DNA of 64,000 bases from a virus (IMGVR_UViG_2974522809_000001:7093-71092); one strand, 5' to 3'. Positions 55,173 through 62,907 are shown, counted from the first letter of the stretch. Numbers and translations: made by a program. Notes: a model not told the origin generated them from the letters alone.

Positions 55173-55670
55173 TCAACCGAACGCGCCCAGTGCGCTCGCC
55201 AGGAACACGAACACCACCACGGCGGTCAGCAGCACGTAACCCACAGCGCGCCAGTTGGCGGGCACCAGGGCATCGTCGTGGGCCTCGGGCTCGGGCCACG
55301 GGTTCACCCACAGCGCGGCAGTGCCCACGCCCGGCCCCAGGCACACCCGGCACCGGTAGGCGTCCACCAGCCAGCGCATGTCGTGCCGGTAGCGGCACTG
55401 GCCGCAGCCCTGGCACCAATCTGCGCGCCCATCCAGCAGGCTCTGGATGCCCGGTTCCACCACGGGCTTACCCACTACGGTGCCGTCGCTGGCCAGGAGC
55501 GGCGTCGGCCGAGGTGGCGGCAGCGGCGTGAAGGCGAAGCCCTCGGGCACCCGGTGCACGGTGCCGCCGGTCGGGCTGGCGTGCAGCTGGGCCACGGCAT
55601 CGCCCAGCTTGGCGAACTGCGCCGCCTGCGGGCCAAAACCTCGGGCAGCTACTCGGGGCACTCGTCCCAT
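55173..55670 (-). CDS. Zn-finger protein with C-terminal TM
   Basis: ATG overlaps the upstream TGA, 165 aa, CQGCGQC...CRVC and a hydrophobic C-terminus. Confidence 0.6.
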   Translation of the reverse strand: MGRVPRVAARGFGPQAAQFAKLGDAVAQLHASPTGGTVHRVPEGFAFTPLPPPRPTPLLASDGTVVGKPVVEPGIQSLLDGRADWCQGCGQCRYRHDMRWLVDAYRCRVCLGPGVGTAALWVNPWPEPEAHDDALVPANWRAVGYVLLTAVVVFVFLASALGAFG

Positions 55671-56056
55671 CACCACACCTCCAGGGGTACGTCGCAGGTC
55701 TCGGCGTGCTGCGCCAGGTAGTGCGCGCCGCAGGTCTTGCAGTGGTCTGTGTCGTCGTAGGGGTCGGTCGCCGCCCGCAGCTCGGCGGTCATCCGCGCGC
55801 CCTGGCGGCAGCTGCACCCGGCGCAGTGCGGACCACGGATGTTGCTGCGCCGGTACGTGCCGCCCTGGCTGCCGGGCACCAGGCGGTCGGCAATCACCTC
55901 GTCCTCGGTCACCAGCCGCCCGCATTCCCAGCAGGGCACTTTCACCCCGTCGCCGCCGAATCCGGCCTCGGGGCTCACCAGCCACTTGCGCCGGGCTCGC
56001 CGGTCGTAGCTGCTGCCGCGCTCGTTGCGGTTGCTGCGCCCGCAGATGCTGCTCAT
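55670..56056 (-). CDS. HNH endonuclease-like protein (degenerate motif)
   Basis: 128 aa from ATG 56056, CWEC...ADRLVPGSQGGTY..SNI...CAGC. Confidence 0.7.
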   Translation of the reverse strand: MSSICGRSNRNERGSSYDRRARRKWLVSPEAGFGGDGVKVPCWECGRLVTEDEVIADRLVPGSQGGTYRRSNIRGPHCAGCSCRQGARMTAELRAATDPYDDTDHCKTCGAHYLAQHAETCDVPLEVW

Positions 56057-56193
56057 GTCGGGCTCGGCGGGTCGTACACCAGCCGCCAGCGGTCGACTAT
56101 CCACACCACCGCCCACCAGTGCCGCAGGTGGTGCCGGTCGGCGTCGAACAGCCGCTCCACGTCGGCCCGCGTGGGCACGCCAGCGCCGGTCAC
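56053..56193 (-). CDS. 46-aa protein not in the ORF track (MTGAGVPTRADVERL...)
   Basis: GTGA and ATGA overlaps on both sides exactly fill the gap. Confidence 0.55.
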   Translation of the reverse strand: MTGAGVPTRADVERLFDADRHHLRHWWAVVWIVDRWRLVYDPPSPT

Positions 56194-56471
56194 CGGTACC
56201 GGCTTCCAGGCACCGGGTCATGGCCGGGATGGCTGGCTTGCACTGCCCAATCGCACACCGCGCACGGCTGATGTCGGCCCTGGCCGGTCTGGTCCTTGAT
56301 CATCAGCACCCACTGGTCACCGGCAGCGCGCACCCGCATGGAGAGGAGCGCGTGCTTGCCCTCCTTGGGCCGGGGCATGATCAGATTCCTGTTCGGCACC
56401 CCGATGGCCGCGCCGTGGCGCAGCTCGTAGTCCCTGATCTGCTGGTGCTGGCGTTCGCCCAGGGTGCTCAT
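56190..56471 (-). CDS. Hypothetical protein (MSTLGERQ...)
   Basis: ATGA overlap, 93 aa. Confidence 0.6.
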   Translation of the reverse strand: MSTLGERQHQQIRDYELRHGAAIGVPNRNLIMPRPKEGKHALLSMRVRAAGDQWVLMIKDQTGQGRHQPCAVCDWAVQASHPGHDPVPGSRYR

Positions 56472-56614
56472 GCTTCGTCCTTCTCCCAGTCGTCCAGAAT
56501 GGCGTTGATCCTGTTCAGCGGCACCACCAGCGCGCTGCCGTACTCGGCGCACAGCTCGCGGATACGGGCCAGCGCCAGCCGGTCGGGCGGCAGGGAAAAC
56601 GGGTCGCCGTTCAC
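56468..56614 (-). CDS. 48-aa hypothetical protein (MNGDPFSLPP...)
   Basis: GTGA overlap. Confidence 0.55.
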   Translation of the reverse strand: MNGDPFSLPPDRLALARIRELCAEYGSALVVPLNRINAILDDWEKDEA

Positions 56615-56940
56615 AGCTGGCCTCGCTTCACACGGGCGTCCACGCTGGCGCACCAGGCATAGTGCGGCTCGTCGGTGCGGGTCCGGCAGCAGGCCCGCAG
56701 GGCGCTGTGTGCGGCGTCGGTGGGCACCGGGGCACCGCACTTCACGCAGCTGGGCCAGCCGAACCCGCCGCTCGGGTCGGCGTAGTAGTGCTGGCAGGCG
56801 TCACGGTCTGACAGCGCGGGCAGCTCCTGGTCGGCCAGCAGCCGGTTACGCAGGATGATGCGGGCGTACCGGGCCACCTCGGGCTTCTGCTGGTTGATCA
56901 GGCCCATGCAGGCCTCGGCAACCTCAGCGGGTGTCATCAC
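56611..56940 (-). CDS. Cys-rich hypothetical protein
   Basis: GTGA overlap, 109 aa. Confidence 0.6.
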   Translation of the reverse strand: MMTPAEVAEACMGLINQQKPEVARYARIILRNRLLADQELPALSDRDACQHYYADPSGGFGWPSCVKCGAPVPTDAAHSALRACCRTRTDEPHYAWCASVDARVKRGQL

Positions 56941-57098
56941 GGCCGGTCGTCCCATCCGTTGCGCATCCCGCTGATGGCGCACAGCTGGCCGCTCTCGGGG
57001 TCGTTGTGGTCGGTGTAGACGCGCTGGCCCTCGTCGTCGCGGGCGATGTTCACGTCTTGCAGGCAGGCCGGGCACCACCAGGTGCCCTCGCCGGTCAC
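56937..57098 (-). CDS. 53-aa CxxC protein not in the ORF track (MTGEGTWWCPAC...)
   Basis: GTGA overlaps on both sides, GAGG RBS. Confidence 0.6.
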   Translation of the reverse strand: MTGEGTWWCPACLQDVNIARDDEGQRVYTDHNDPESGQLCAISGMRNGWDDRP

Positions 57099-57586
57099 AA
57101 TGTCCTCACAATGGCTGTGATTGTGGCCCCAGCCTGGAAGTTCTCACGCCAACCGTGATACTCCAGCAGCGCGCCCAGGTCGTCCAGAATCACGAACCGA
57201 TCGCTGGCCAGGCCCACGTGCACGTCGCCCACCAGGGGCCGGTCCAGGGTGGTCTCGGCCAGGGTCACGTGGTCGGTGTGGCAGGGCCTCCACGGTGCCC
57301 ACCAGGGGCGCGCGTTCACGGCCATCACCAGGGCCACCATGGCGGTGCCCGGCGCGACCTCGGTGGTGGGGTCCACGGCTGCCGGTGCGGTGGCCAGGGC
57401 GCGTTCGCGGTTGACCCGCTCCCAGTGCAGCAGCCATACGCGGACGATCAGCCCCAACGCCACGCCCAGGGCGGCGTCACGCCAGCTCCACTGCCAGCCC
57501 AGCAGCAGGTCCAGCCCGTAGGCAATGCCCATGCACACCGGGATGACCACGAACCACCAGGTCAGCCAGTCTCTCAGGGTCGCCAT
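57095..57586 (-). CDS. Membrane protein
   Basis: 163 aa with two N-terminal TM segments. Confidence 0.65.
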   Translation of the reverse strand: MATLRDWLTWWFVVIPVCMGIAYGLDLLLGWQWSWRDAALGVALGLIVRVWLLHWERVNRERALATAPAAVDPTTEVAPGTAMVALVMAVNARPWWAPWRPCHTDHVTLAETTLDRPLVGDVHVGLASDRFVILDDLGALLEYHGWRENFQAGATITAIVRTL

Positions 57587-57720
57587 GGTTCGGCACCGCC
57601 TCCCGTGCTCACGTTGTGGTCAAAGCACCAGCCATAGCGCCAGTGGCAGGTCGGCCCGCACGGCAGCAGGCCCACGGCACGCATCAGGTCGGCCAGTTCG
57701 CGCTTGGTCATGTCGTCCAT
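57574..57720 (-). CDS. 48-aa Cys-rich protein not in the ORF track (MDDMTKRELAD...)
   Basis: ATG overlaps the upstream TGA, GGAGGG RBS. Confidence 0.55.
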   Translation of the reverse strand: MDDMTKRELADLMRAVGLLPCGPTCHWRYGWCFDHNVSTGGGAEPWRP

Positions 57721-58043
57721 CAGTTGCCCTCCAGCTTCTTGCGCAGCTCGGCCAGGTCGGCATCGTCCAGAGGCGGCACCACCGGCTCCAGGATCAGCGG
57801 CAGCGCCACGTCATGCGTGTTGCACCAGACCGCGACCGGCCCCGGCCCGGCGTAATCGAACATCAGGCGGCAACCCAGCTGGGCGTGGACGCCGACCTCG
57901 GGGTTCATCACCGGCAGCCAGCCGTTCTCCGGCCGGGCCTCGGGCTCGCTGGTCAGGTGCTGCGCGATGTTCTCCAGCGCAGTCACCGCGCGCTTGGCCA
58001 GCGTCATGGCGTCACGGGTGGGGCCGGGCAGCAGGTTAACCAT
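57720..58043 (-). CDS. Hypothetical protein
   Basis: 107 aa, GAAAGGA RBS. Confidence 0.7.
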   Translation of the reverse strand: MVNLLPGPTRDAMTLAKRAVTALENIAQHLTSEPEARPENGWLPVMNPEVGVHAQLGCRLMFDYAGPGPVAVWCNTHDVALPLILEPVVPPLDDADLAELRKKLEGN

Positions 58044-58314
58044 GGTCAGGGCGTCCTTTCGTGGTGAGCGGCAGGCCCGCTCGGCGTAGGTGGGCTATGG
58101 CGTTCTTGAGGCTGCGCGGGTCGCTGGGCGTGCCGGGCAGCGTGGTGGTCAGCGCCCCGCCGACGTACACCTTGAAGTGCCCTCGGCAGTGCTTCACCTC
58201 CCCGCCGACGGCCAGCACCGCCGCCACCAGTGCGCGCACCTCGGTGTTGGTGCCGCCAGTACGGCGTCGGCCGCAGCCGGGCACCGGTTTGCCGGATTGC
58301 TGTTGCGTGGCCAC
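58036..58314 (-). CDS. HicA-like toxin / dsRBD-fold protein
   Basis: 92 aa, G.....GHFKVY..G...TLPGTPSD.RSLKN...LRR pattern, AAAGGAGG RBS. Confidence 0.7.
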   Translation of the reverse strand: MATQQQSGKPVPGCGRRRTGGTNTEVRALVAAVLAVGGEVKHCRGHFKVYVGGALTTTLPGTPSDPRSLKNAIAHLRRAGLPLTTKGRPDHG

Positions 58315-58330
58315 GGTGGGCCTCCTTTCT

Positions 58331-58355
58331 GGTGGGCCGGGCCTTCCGGCCCACC
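58331..58355. other. Perfect 10-bp hairpin directly upstream of the HicA-like RBS
   Basis: GGTGGGCCGG-gcctt-CCGGCCCACC. Confidence 0.7.
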
Positions 58356-58365
58356 GGGGCGGTGC

Positions 58366-58668
58366 TCAGTGCTTGATCTGGGGAACCTCGTCGGTGTGAC
58401 CGTTGACGTAGTTGGTCACGCGGATCACGTCCATGCCGTCGGCCATGTCCAGGTTGAACACCGCCACCCGGCCCTTGAGCCCGTCGACCGGGATTTCCAC
58501 GTCGGCGTAGCGGCCGAGCGCTACGTGGTGCGCCAGGTGGTCCCAGGTCACCTGGCCCAGGTCGGCCTGGGCTTCGATCATGCCGTCGAGCATGTCAGCG
58601 CCCTTGACCCCGCGATCTTCGAGCATGTCGATGACCTGGCCCTTGGTGACGATGACGATGGTGGACAT
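58366..58668 (-). CDS. Hypothetical protein (MSTIVIVTKG...)
   Basis: AAGGAG RBS, 100 aa, first gene after cassette copy 5. Confidence 0.75.
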   Translation of the reverse strand: MSTIVIVTKGQVIDMLEDRGVKGADMLDGMIEAQADLGQVTWDHLAHHVALGRYADVEIPVDGLKGRVAVFNLDMADGMDVIRVTNYVNGHTDEVPQIKH

Positions 58669-58685
58669 TTCTGGTCTCCTTACCT

Positions 58686-58751
58686 GCGGCGGCGGGGCTG
58701 TCCCGCCTGGCTGATGTAAGAACACTAACCCGACTAAGGCGGGTAAGTCAA
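58686..58751 (-). promoter_or_regulatory. Repeat promoter/palindrome/leader cassette, copy 5
   Basis: Exact 30-mer at 58722-58751, with the leader. Confidence 0.85.
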
Positions 58752-58918
58752 GCGTTTCTAGCTGGCAATTTGGCCGAATGTCTGCGCACCATGCCGTTCG
58801 CCTTCTCTGCGAACCGACGCCCGCAGGCGGCGCAGTAGGCGTGACCGCGAAAGGTGCGGGCCGGGGCCTTGTCAGACCCCGAGCACCGCACCCTCTGCTC
58901 AGCGGTGGTCGCCTGCAT
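58748..58918 (-). CDS. 56-aa Zn-finger-like protein not in the ORF track
   Basis: MQATTAEQRVRCSGSDKAPARTFRGHAYCAACGRRFAEKANGMVRRHSAKLPARNA. Its TGA lies inside the TTGACT -35 box. Confidence 0.55.
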   Translation of the reverse strand: MQATTAEQRVRCSGSDKAPARTFRGHAYCAACGRRFAEKANGMVRRHSAKLPARNA

Positions 58919-59216
58919 ACTTCATGCACCGCTCGCCGCTCACCAGCACGTACATGCAGGTGTCGTCGCCGGGCATGGGCTCGAACTCGTGCCCAGCGTC
59001 GGTGCGGTAGCCCTTGTCGCGCTGCTCGGGCGTGGGCACCCGGCTGGCCATCCACGCCGCCGGGAGATAGCCGCCGCCCATAATCCAGTCGTGCAGGGCG
59101 ACGACCTTCTGGGCCAGCTCGACGTGTCCAGCGTCTTCGGTGCCGGTGGCGTCGTCGCGGGCCAGTACACCCCGCGCGTCATCCAGCAGTTCGGCCAGCG
59201 TGGCGTCGGGGTCCAT
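58899..59216 (-). CDS. Hypothetical protein (MDPDATLAELL...)
   Basis: ATG overlaps the upstream TGA, GGAGG RBS, 105 aa. Confidence 0.7.
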   Translation of the reverse strand: MDPDATLAELLDDARGVLARDDATGTEDAGHVELAQKVVALHDWIMGGGYLPAAWMASRVPTPEQRDKGYRTDAGHEFEPMPGDDTCMYVLVSGERCMKYAGDHR

Positions 59217-59425
59217 CAGGACACCTCCACCCACTGCATCACCACAGCCAGCGCGGCGTCGTAGTTGTCGGCGTTGGTCACCTCGTCCACGAACGCGGTC
59301 ACCTCGTCGGCGTGCCCGGCCTCGCGCAGCGCCTTGCTCACCTTCCCGATGATGAAGAACACGTTGCCGTCCTGGCCGGTGAGCTGCACGTGGACATCGG
59401 GGTGCTTGGGCGCGGTTCCGGCCAT
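59216..59425 (-). CDS. Hypothetical protein
   Basis: 69 aa, AGGAGG RBS. Confidence 0.7.
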   Translation of the reverse strand: MAGTAPKHPDVHVQLTGQDGNVFFIIGKVSKALREAGHADEVTAFVDEVTNADNYDAALAVVMQWVEVS

Positions 59426-60042
59426 CAGTACCGGTCCTCCTGGCCGAAGGGGTTGCCGCCGCGCACCACGATGCCGTACACCCCGGTGTGGCCACCGGCA
59501 CCGCCAGCGCCGCCACCACGGACCACGCCACCGTCGGCGTAGCGGGGCACCTCGGCGCTCACCAGCGGGTCCACCACGCCGCTGGTCCCCAGCACCCGGC
59601 CGAAGCTGCCCATGCGCTCGGCCATAGGCTCCTCCTCGTCGGGGCTGGGGCCGATGTTCTCCGTGTCGGTGACCACGCGCAGGCTGGGCCAGTTGCCCTC
59701 ACCGATGAACTGGAGCAGGCCCGGCCAGTTGAGCCGGTCGGTGGTGTTGCCGGTGACCGCCCAGCGCACGCTCCGGCCCTGCCGCCAGCCCACGGCGGCG
59801 TAGTGGTACTCCCGCCCGGCCTGGTACTTGGTGAAGATGACGACCGCGCTTTCGCCCTCGTGCACGGGCGGCATCTTGGGGCGGCGCTCCTCGCGGCGGC
59901 GCAGCTCCTCGGCGGCAACCAGCCGGTCGATCCTGGTGGCTTCCTCCAGCATCTGGGCAGCCTGGCGGCGCAGGTCATTGGCGCGGATGGGGTTGACCGG
60001 CGCAGCCTCGGCGGCTACTGCCTTCTCGCCTTCGTTGGACAT
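59425..60042 (-). CDS. Hypothetical protein (MSNEGEK...)
   Basis: AAGGAGG RBS with an AC-rich tract, 205 aa; start moved from 60261. Confidence 0.7.
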   Translation of the reverse strand: MSNEGEKAVAAEAAPVNPIRANDLRRQAAQMLEEATRIDRLVAAEELRRREERRPKMPPVHEGESAVVIFTKYQAGREYHYAAVGWRQGRSVRWAVTGNTTDRLNWPGLLQFIGEGNWPSLRVVTDTENIGPSPDEEEPMAERMGSFGRVLGTSGVVDPLVSAEVPRYADGGVVRGGGAGGAGGHTGVYGIVVRGGNPFGQEDRY

Positions 60043-60131
60043 GGGATCCTCCTTGGTTGTGGTGGCGGGGTAGCGGATGCCACCCCGCTTCATGGGCGGG
60101 ATGCCCTCGGGGAACAGGGCGGTGAAGATGC

Positions 60132-60362
60132 CTACGGTGTCACCACCTCGTCGTCGGGGCCGGAGCCGTAGCTGGACGGGTGCTTGGCGGTGGCGCATCG
60201 GGCGTTCTTGCCCGCCATGCCGACGCCGTGCTTGGCGTTGACAAACGCGGGGTTCATGCACGCCTGGTCGTAGACCGGGTACTTGCCGGTCTCGGCGCTG
60301 GCGGTCGCGGCACCGAACAGGGCCAGCCCTGCGGTCAGTGCGGCGGCGATCAGGTACTTCAT
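60132..60362 (-). CDS. Small secreted protein (signal peptide, 2 Cys)
   Basis: AAGGAGG RBS, MKYLIAAALTAGLALFGAATASA, 76 aa. Confidence 0.75.
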   Translation of the reverse strand: MKYLIAAALTAGLALFGAATASAETGKYPVYDQACMNPAFVNAKHGVGMAGKNARCATAKHPSSYGSGPDDEVVTP

Positions 60363-60396
60363 GGTGGTTCCTCCTTGGTTGTGGTTTGGTCGTGCG

Positions 60397-60467
60397 CTCC
60401 AGGGGCGGGAATCGAACCCGCGAGGTTGGCTCGTCAGCCGTGGCGACCCCATCGCGCCAGCCCTGGA
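60397..60467 (-). ncRNA. tRNA-like cloverleaf with a 4-nt anticodon loop (tRNA mimic or pseudo-tRNA)
   Basis: 7-bp acceptor TCCAGGG/CCCTGGA, D-arm GGCG/CGCC, T-arm GCGGG-TTCGATT-CCCGC, 5-nt variable loop ending in C. No encoded CCA. Confidence 0.65.
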
Positions 60468-60514
60468 AGGTGGTACCGGGCCAGTGGTCAGTTCACCGGC
60501 CCGGCACCGGTCTA

Positions 60515-61573
60515 TTACACCGGCAGCAGCGCGCTGAACGCCTTGGCCTTCATGTCGCCCAGGTCGTTGCTCATCAGGGTGCGCTGCGCCCGCTTGATGG
60601 CTGCCTCCTCGCCCTCGGCCTTGGCGGCGGCACCGGCCAGCGGTGCCACATGGTCCAGGTACTCGGTCACCGCGTTGTACACCCCGAACGCCGTGCCACG
60701 GAACGGGGCCACGGTCTCGGCGGTGCGGTACAGGTCAACCACCTCGGCGGCGCGCAGCTTGCGGCTCTCGGCCTGCTTCTCGGTGGTGGCACCCGGCACG
60801 TTCCAGATGTCCTCCAGCACCTCGATGACCTGCACGGGCGTCATCTCCCGCTTGATCAGCTTCTCCACCTGCTCCACGAACGTGTCGCGGTACTGGAAGG
60901 TCAGCCCCAGCAGCTGGCGAATCTCGGCCAGGCGCTTGTCCGGCGTGCCGGTGTGGCGCAGGGTAGCGGTGCTGCGGGCGGCGCTCTCGGCCATGCGCTG
61001 CGTGTTGGCGCACACGATGCGCACCGGGGCGATGAGCGCGCGGAGCGGGGCCTGGCCGGTGTGGTTGTTCAGGACGCTGATGTACAGGTCCGTCACGTCC
61101 AGCTCACCGGTCACCGGGCTGCGAAACTCCATGTGGCTGGGCAGCTTCATGGTGACGAAGGTGTCCCGCCCGCCGCGCAGTGCGCCGATGGTCTCGATGT
61201 GTGCGCCGCCCTCGTCCACGATCTGGTTCAGCAGCTCGGTGGTCTGCTCGTTCTGGAACGGGGTCCAGCGGTTGCCGACCACGCCCAGCGCCTCGGTGCC
61301 GCCGTTGATCGGGTTCGTGCGGAGCACGACGTTGCGATCCGGCACGGTCAGGCTCAGGGTGCCCTCGCCGGTCTGGTCGGGCACCTCGGCGGTCAGGGGC
61401 ATGGTGCGCACGTCCCAGCCGCGCATGTGGGCGGCGTCCAGGGCCTCGTCCACCGTCATGGTGTGGCCGACGGGCGTGCCCAGCTTGTGCCAGGCGTCCA
61501 CCCGTCCGCTGGCGTCCACTCGGCTGTCGGCAAAGCTGGTGACGCCATCGGTGGTGTCGAGTTCGTGGGCCAT
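60515..61573 (-). CDS. DUF932-family phage/plasmid-like protein (TIGR03299-like)
   Basis: 352 aa with AWHKLGT, W..FQN, ET.G.L.GG..F, N.H.G, P.R..CANT, and GTA.G.YNAVTEY.DH motifs. Confidence 0.8.
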   Translation of the reverse strand: MAHELDTTDGVTSFADSRVDASGRVDAWHKLGTPVGHTMTVDEALDAAHMRGWDVRTMPLTAEVPDQTGEGTLSLTVPDRNVVLRTNPINGGTEALGVVGNRWTPFQNEQTTELLNQIVDEGGAHIETIGALRGGRDTFVTMKLPSHMEFRSPVTGELDVTDLYISVLNNHTGQAPLRALIAPVRIVCANTQRMAESAARSTATLRHTGTPDKRLAEIRQLLGLTFQYRDTFVEQVEKLIKREMTPVQVIEVLEDIWNVPGATTEKQAESRKLRAAEVVDLYRTAETVAPFRGTAFGVYNAVTEYLDHVAPLAGAAAKAEGEEAAIKRAQRTLMSNDLGDMKAKAFSALLPV

Positions 61574-61596
61574 GGTGTCCTCCTTGGTAGTGGTTG

Positions 61597-61656
61597 GCGG
61601 GGCGGTCCCGCCTGTCTGATACGTTCACACTAACCCGACTAAGGCGGGTAAGTCAA
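61597..61656 (-). promoter_or_regulatory. Repeat promoter/palindrome/leader cassette, copy 6
   Basis: Exact 30-mer at 61627-61656, with the leader. Confidence 0.85.
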
Positions 61657-61677
61657 GCGCTTCTAGCAGGCAATTTG

Positions 61678-61833
61678 TCAGAAACTGCCCATGAGATAGC
61701 CCACCGGGATGGCCAGGGCGCACGTCACCGTGAGCACCGCGCACACCAGCTCGGTCAGGGTGTCCTGCTTGGCGTAGTGCAGGCCCACGCAGGCCAGCAG
61801 GCCCACGCACACGATGATCAGCTGGAGGATCAC
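61678..61833 (-). CDS. 51-aa two-TM membrane protein (MILQLIIVC...)
   Basis: GTGA overlap, GGGAGG RBS, two hydrophobic segments. Confidence 0.65.
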   Translation of the reverse strand: MILQLIIVCVGLLACVGLHYAKQDTLTELVCAVLTVTCALAIPVGYLMGSF

Positions 61834-62297
61834 CAGGGGCCTCCCTCGGGCAGGTTGAACCAGGTACGGCGCTGCTCGTCGGGCGTGGGGTCCGGCATCA
61901 CCGTGATGATCTGCTCCCCGGCTGGATAGTGCGTGCACTGGTCGGTGCAGGGGTAACCCTCGGCGTGGTCGTGCAAGGACACTGCCGGGTAGGGCTTGCG
62001 GATTACGGTGGGCCACCGCGCCTCAATGCCGATGTTCACCCGCTGTTCGGGCGCTGGCGGGGCCAGCAGCGCCTCCCAGGGCACCGGGTCAGGCCCCAGC
62101 TCGACCATGCGCGCAAACAGCCCGCCATCGGTCTCCTGGAACACCTTGTCACGGCGCTCCTGGCGAATCTCGTGGGCGATCTGCGCCGCCCAGCGGATGT
62201 GACCGGCGGCGTCGGCGGCGCGGTTGCGCCTGCGGGCCTTGCGACCGAACCAGCCGCAGCTCGGGCACCAAACGGCATGTTCCACGTGGAACCTCAC
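61830..62297 (-). CDS. Hypothetical protein (CPSC motif)
   Basis: 155 aa, GTGA overlap. Confidence 0.65.
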   Translation of the reverse strand: MRFHVEHAVWCPSCGWFGRKARRRNRAADAAGHIRWAAQIAHEIRQERRDKVFQETDGGLFARMVELGPDPVPWEALLAPPAPEQRVNIGIEARWPTVIRKPYPAVSLHDHAEGYPCTDQCTHYPAGEQIITVMPDPTPDEQRRTWFNLPEGGPW

Positions 62298-62674
62298 GGC
62301 ATGACCACCTTGAACTCGTTACGGAAGAGGCAGAGCCGCTTTCCTCGGGCGAACTTGATGCAGTACAGCGGACCATTGCCGGTCTCGATAACCGACGTGA
62401 TCTGGCCGGGGCGGGCGGGCAGGATGACCTTGCGCACGTCGGGGGCGGTCTCCACGCGGTCGCCCACCACCGGCACCACGGTGTACCCGTCGCTGATGTC
62501 GATCAGCCGGGCGTGAGCGGAGCGCTCGCAGGCGCGCTGGGCCTCGGCCTTGGTGCCGCACACATCGGTGAAGTCTGGCCCGCTGGCGGTCCAGATGGGC
62601 CGGTGCGTGCCCGCGCTGAGCACGGCGTAGGGTCCGGCCTGGTACAGCCCTGGCCGGGTGCGGGTCCACTTCAT
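62294..62674 (-). CDS. Hypothetical protein
   Basis: 126 aa, GGGAGG RBS, ATGA overlap. Confidence 0.7.
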   Translation of the reverse strand: MKWTRTRPGLYQAGPYAVLSAGTHRPIWTASGPDFTDVCGTKAEAQRACERSAHARLIDISDGYTVVPVVGDRVETAPDVRKVILPARPGQITSVIETGNGPLYCIKFARGKRLCLFRNEFKVVMP

Positions 62675-62895
62675 GCGCGGGCCTCCCGTCGTGCGGCCCA
62701 GTAGGCGGCGTTCTCGCCCAGCTCAAAGTCCACAATGCGGCTGGCCAGCGCCCAGTCCGCAGCCTCGGCGTCCAGGGTGTTCTCCAGCGAGCTGGTGATG
62801 CCCTGGCCGGTGCGGCAGGTGGCGTCGTGGTCGTTGACGTAGCCGTCGCAGTCCTCGCAGGTGGGCGGCTCGATGATGTCGGCGGGGTCGTACAT
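62671..62895 (-). CDS. Small CxxC..H..C protein
   Basis: 74 aa, GAAAGGA RBS, first gene after cassette copy 7. Confidence 0.75.
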   Translation of the reverse strand: MYDPADIIEPPTCEDCDGYVNDHDATCRTGQGITSSLENTLDAEAADWALASRIVDFELGENAAYWAARREARA

Positions 62896-62907
62896 GTCGA
62901 TCCTTTC

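Noticed and set aside
60397-60467. Functional tRNA-Val(GAC) or a YrlA-type Y RNA
   Set aside because: A CTGACGA 7-mer exists but has no flanking stem in register, so it cannot be a normal anticodon loop. The strand ends lie at the acceptor stem, unlike the permuted YrlA topology, and no Ro60-like gene was seen.
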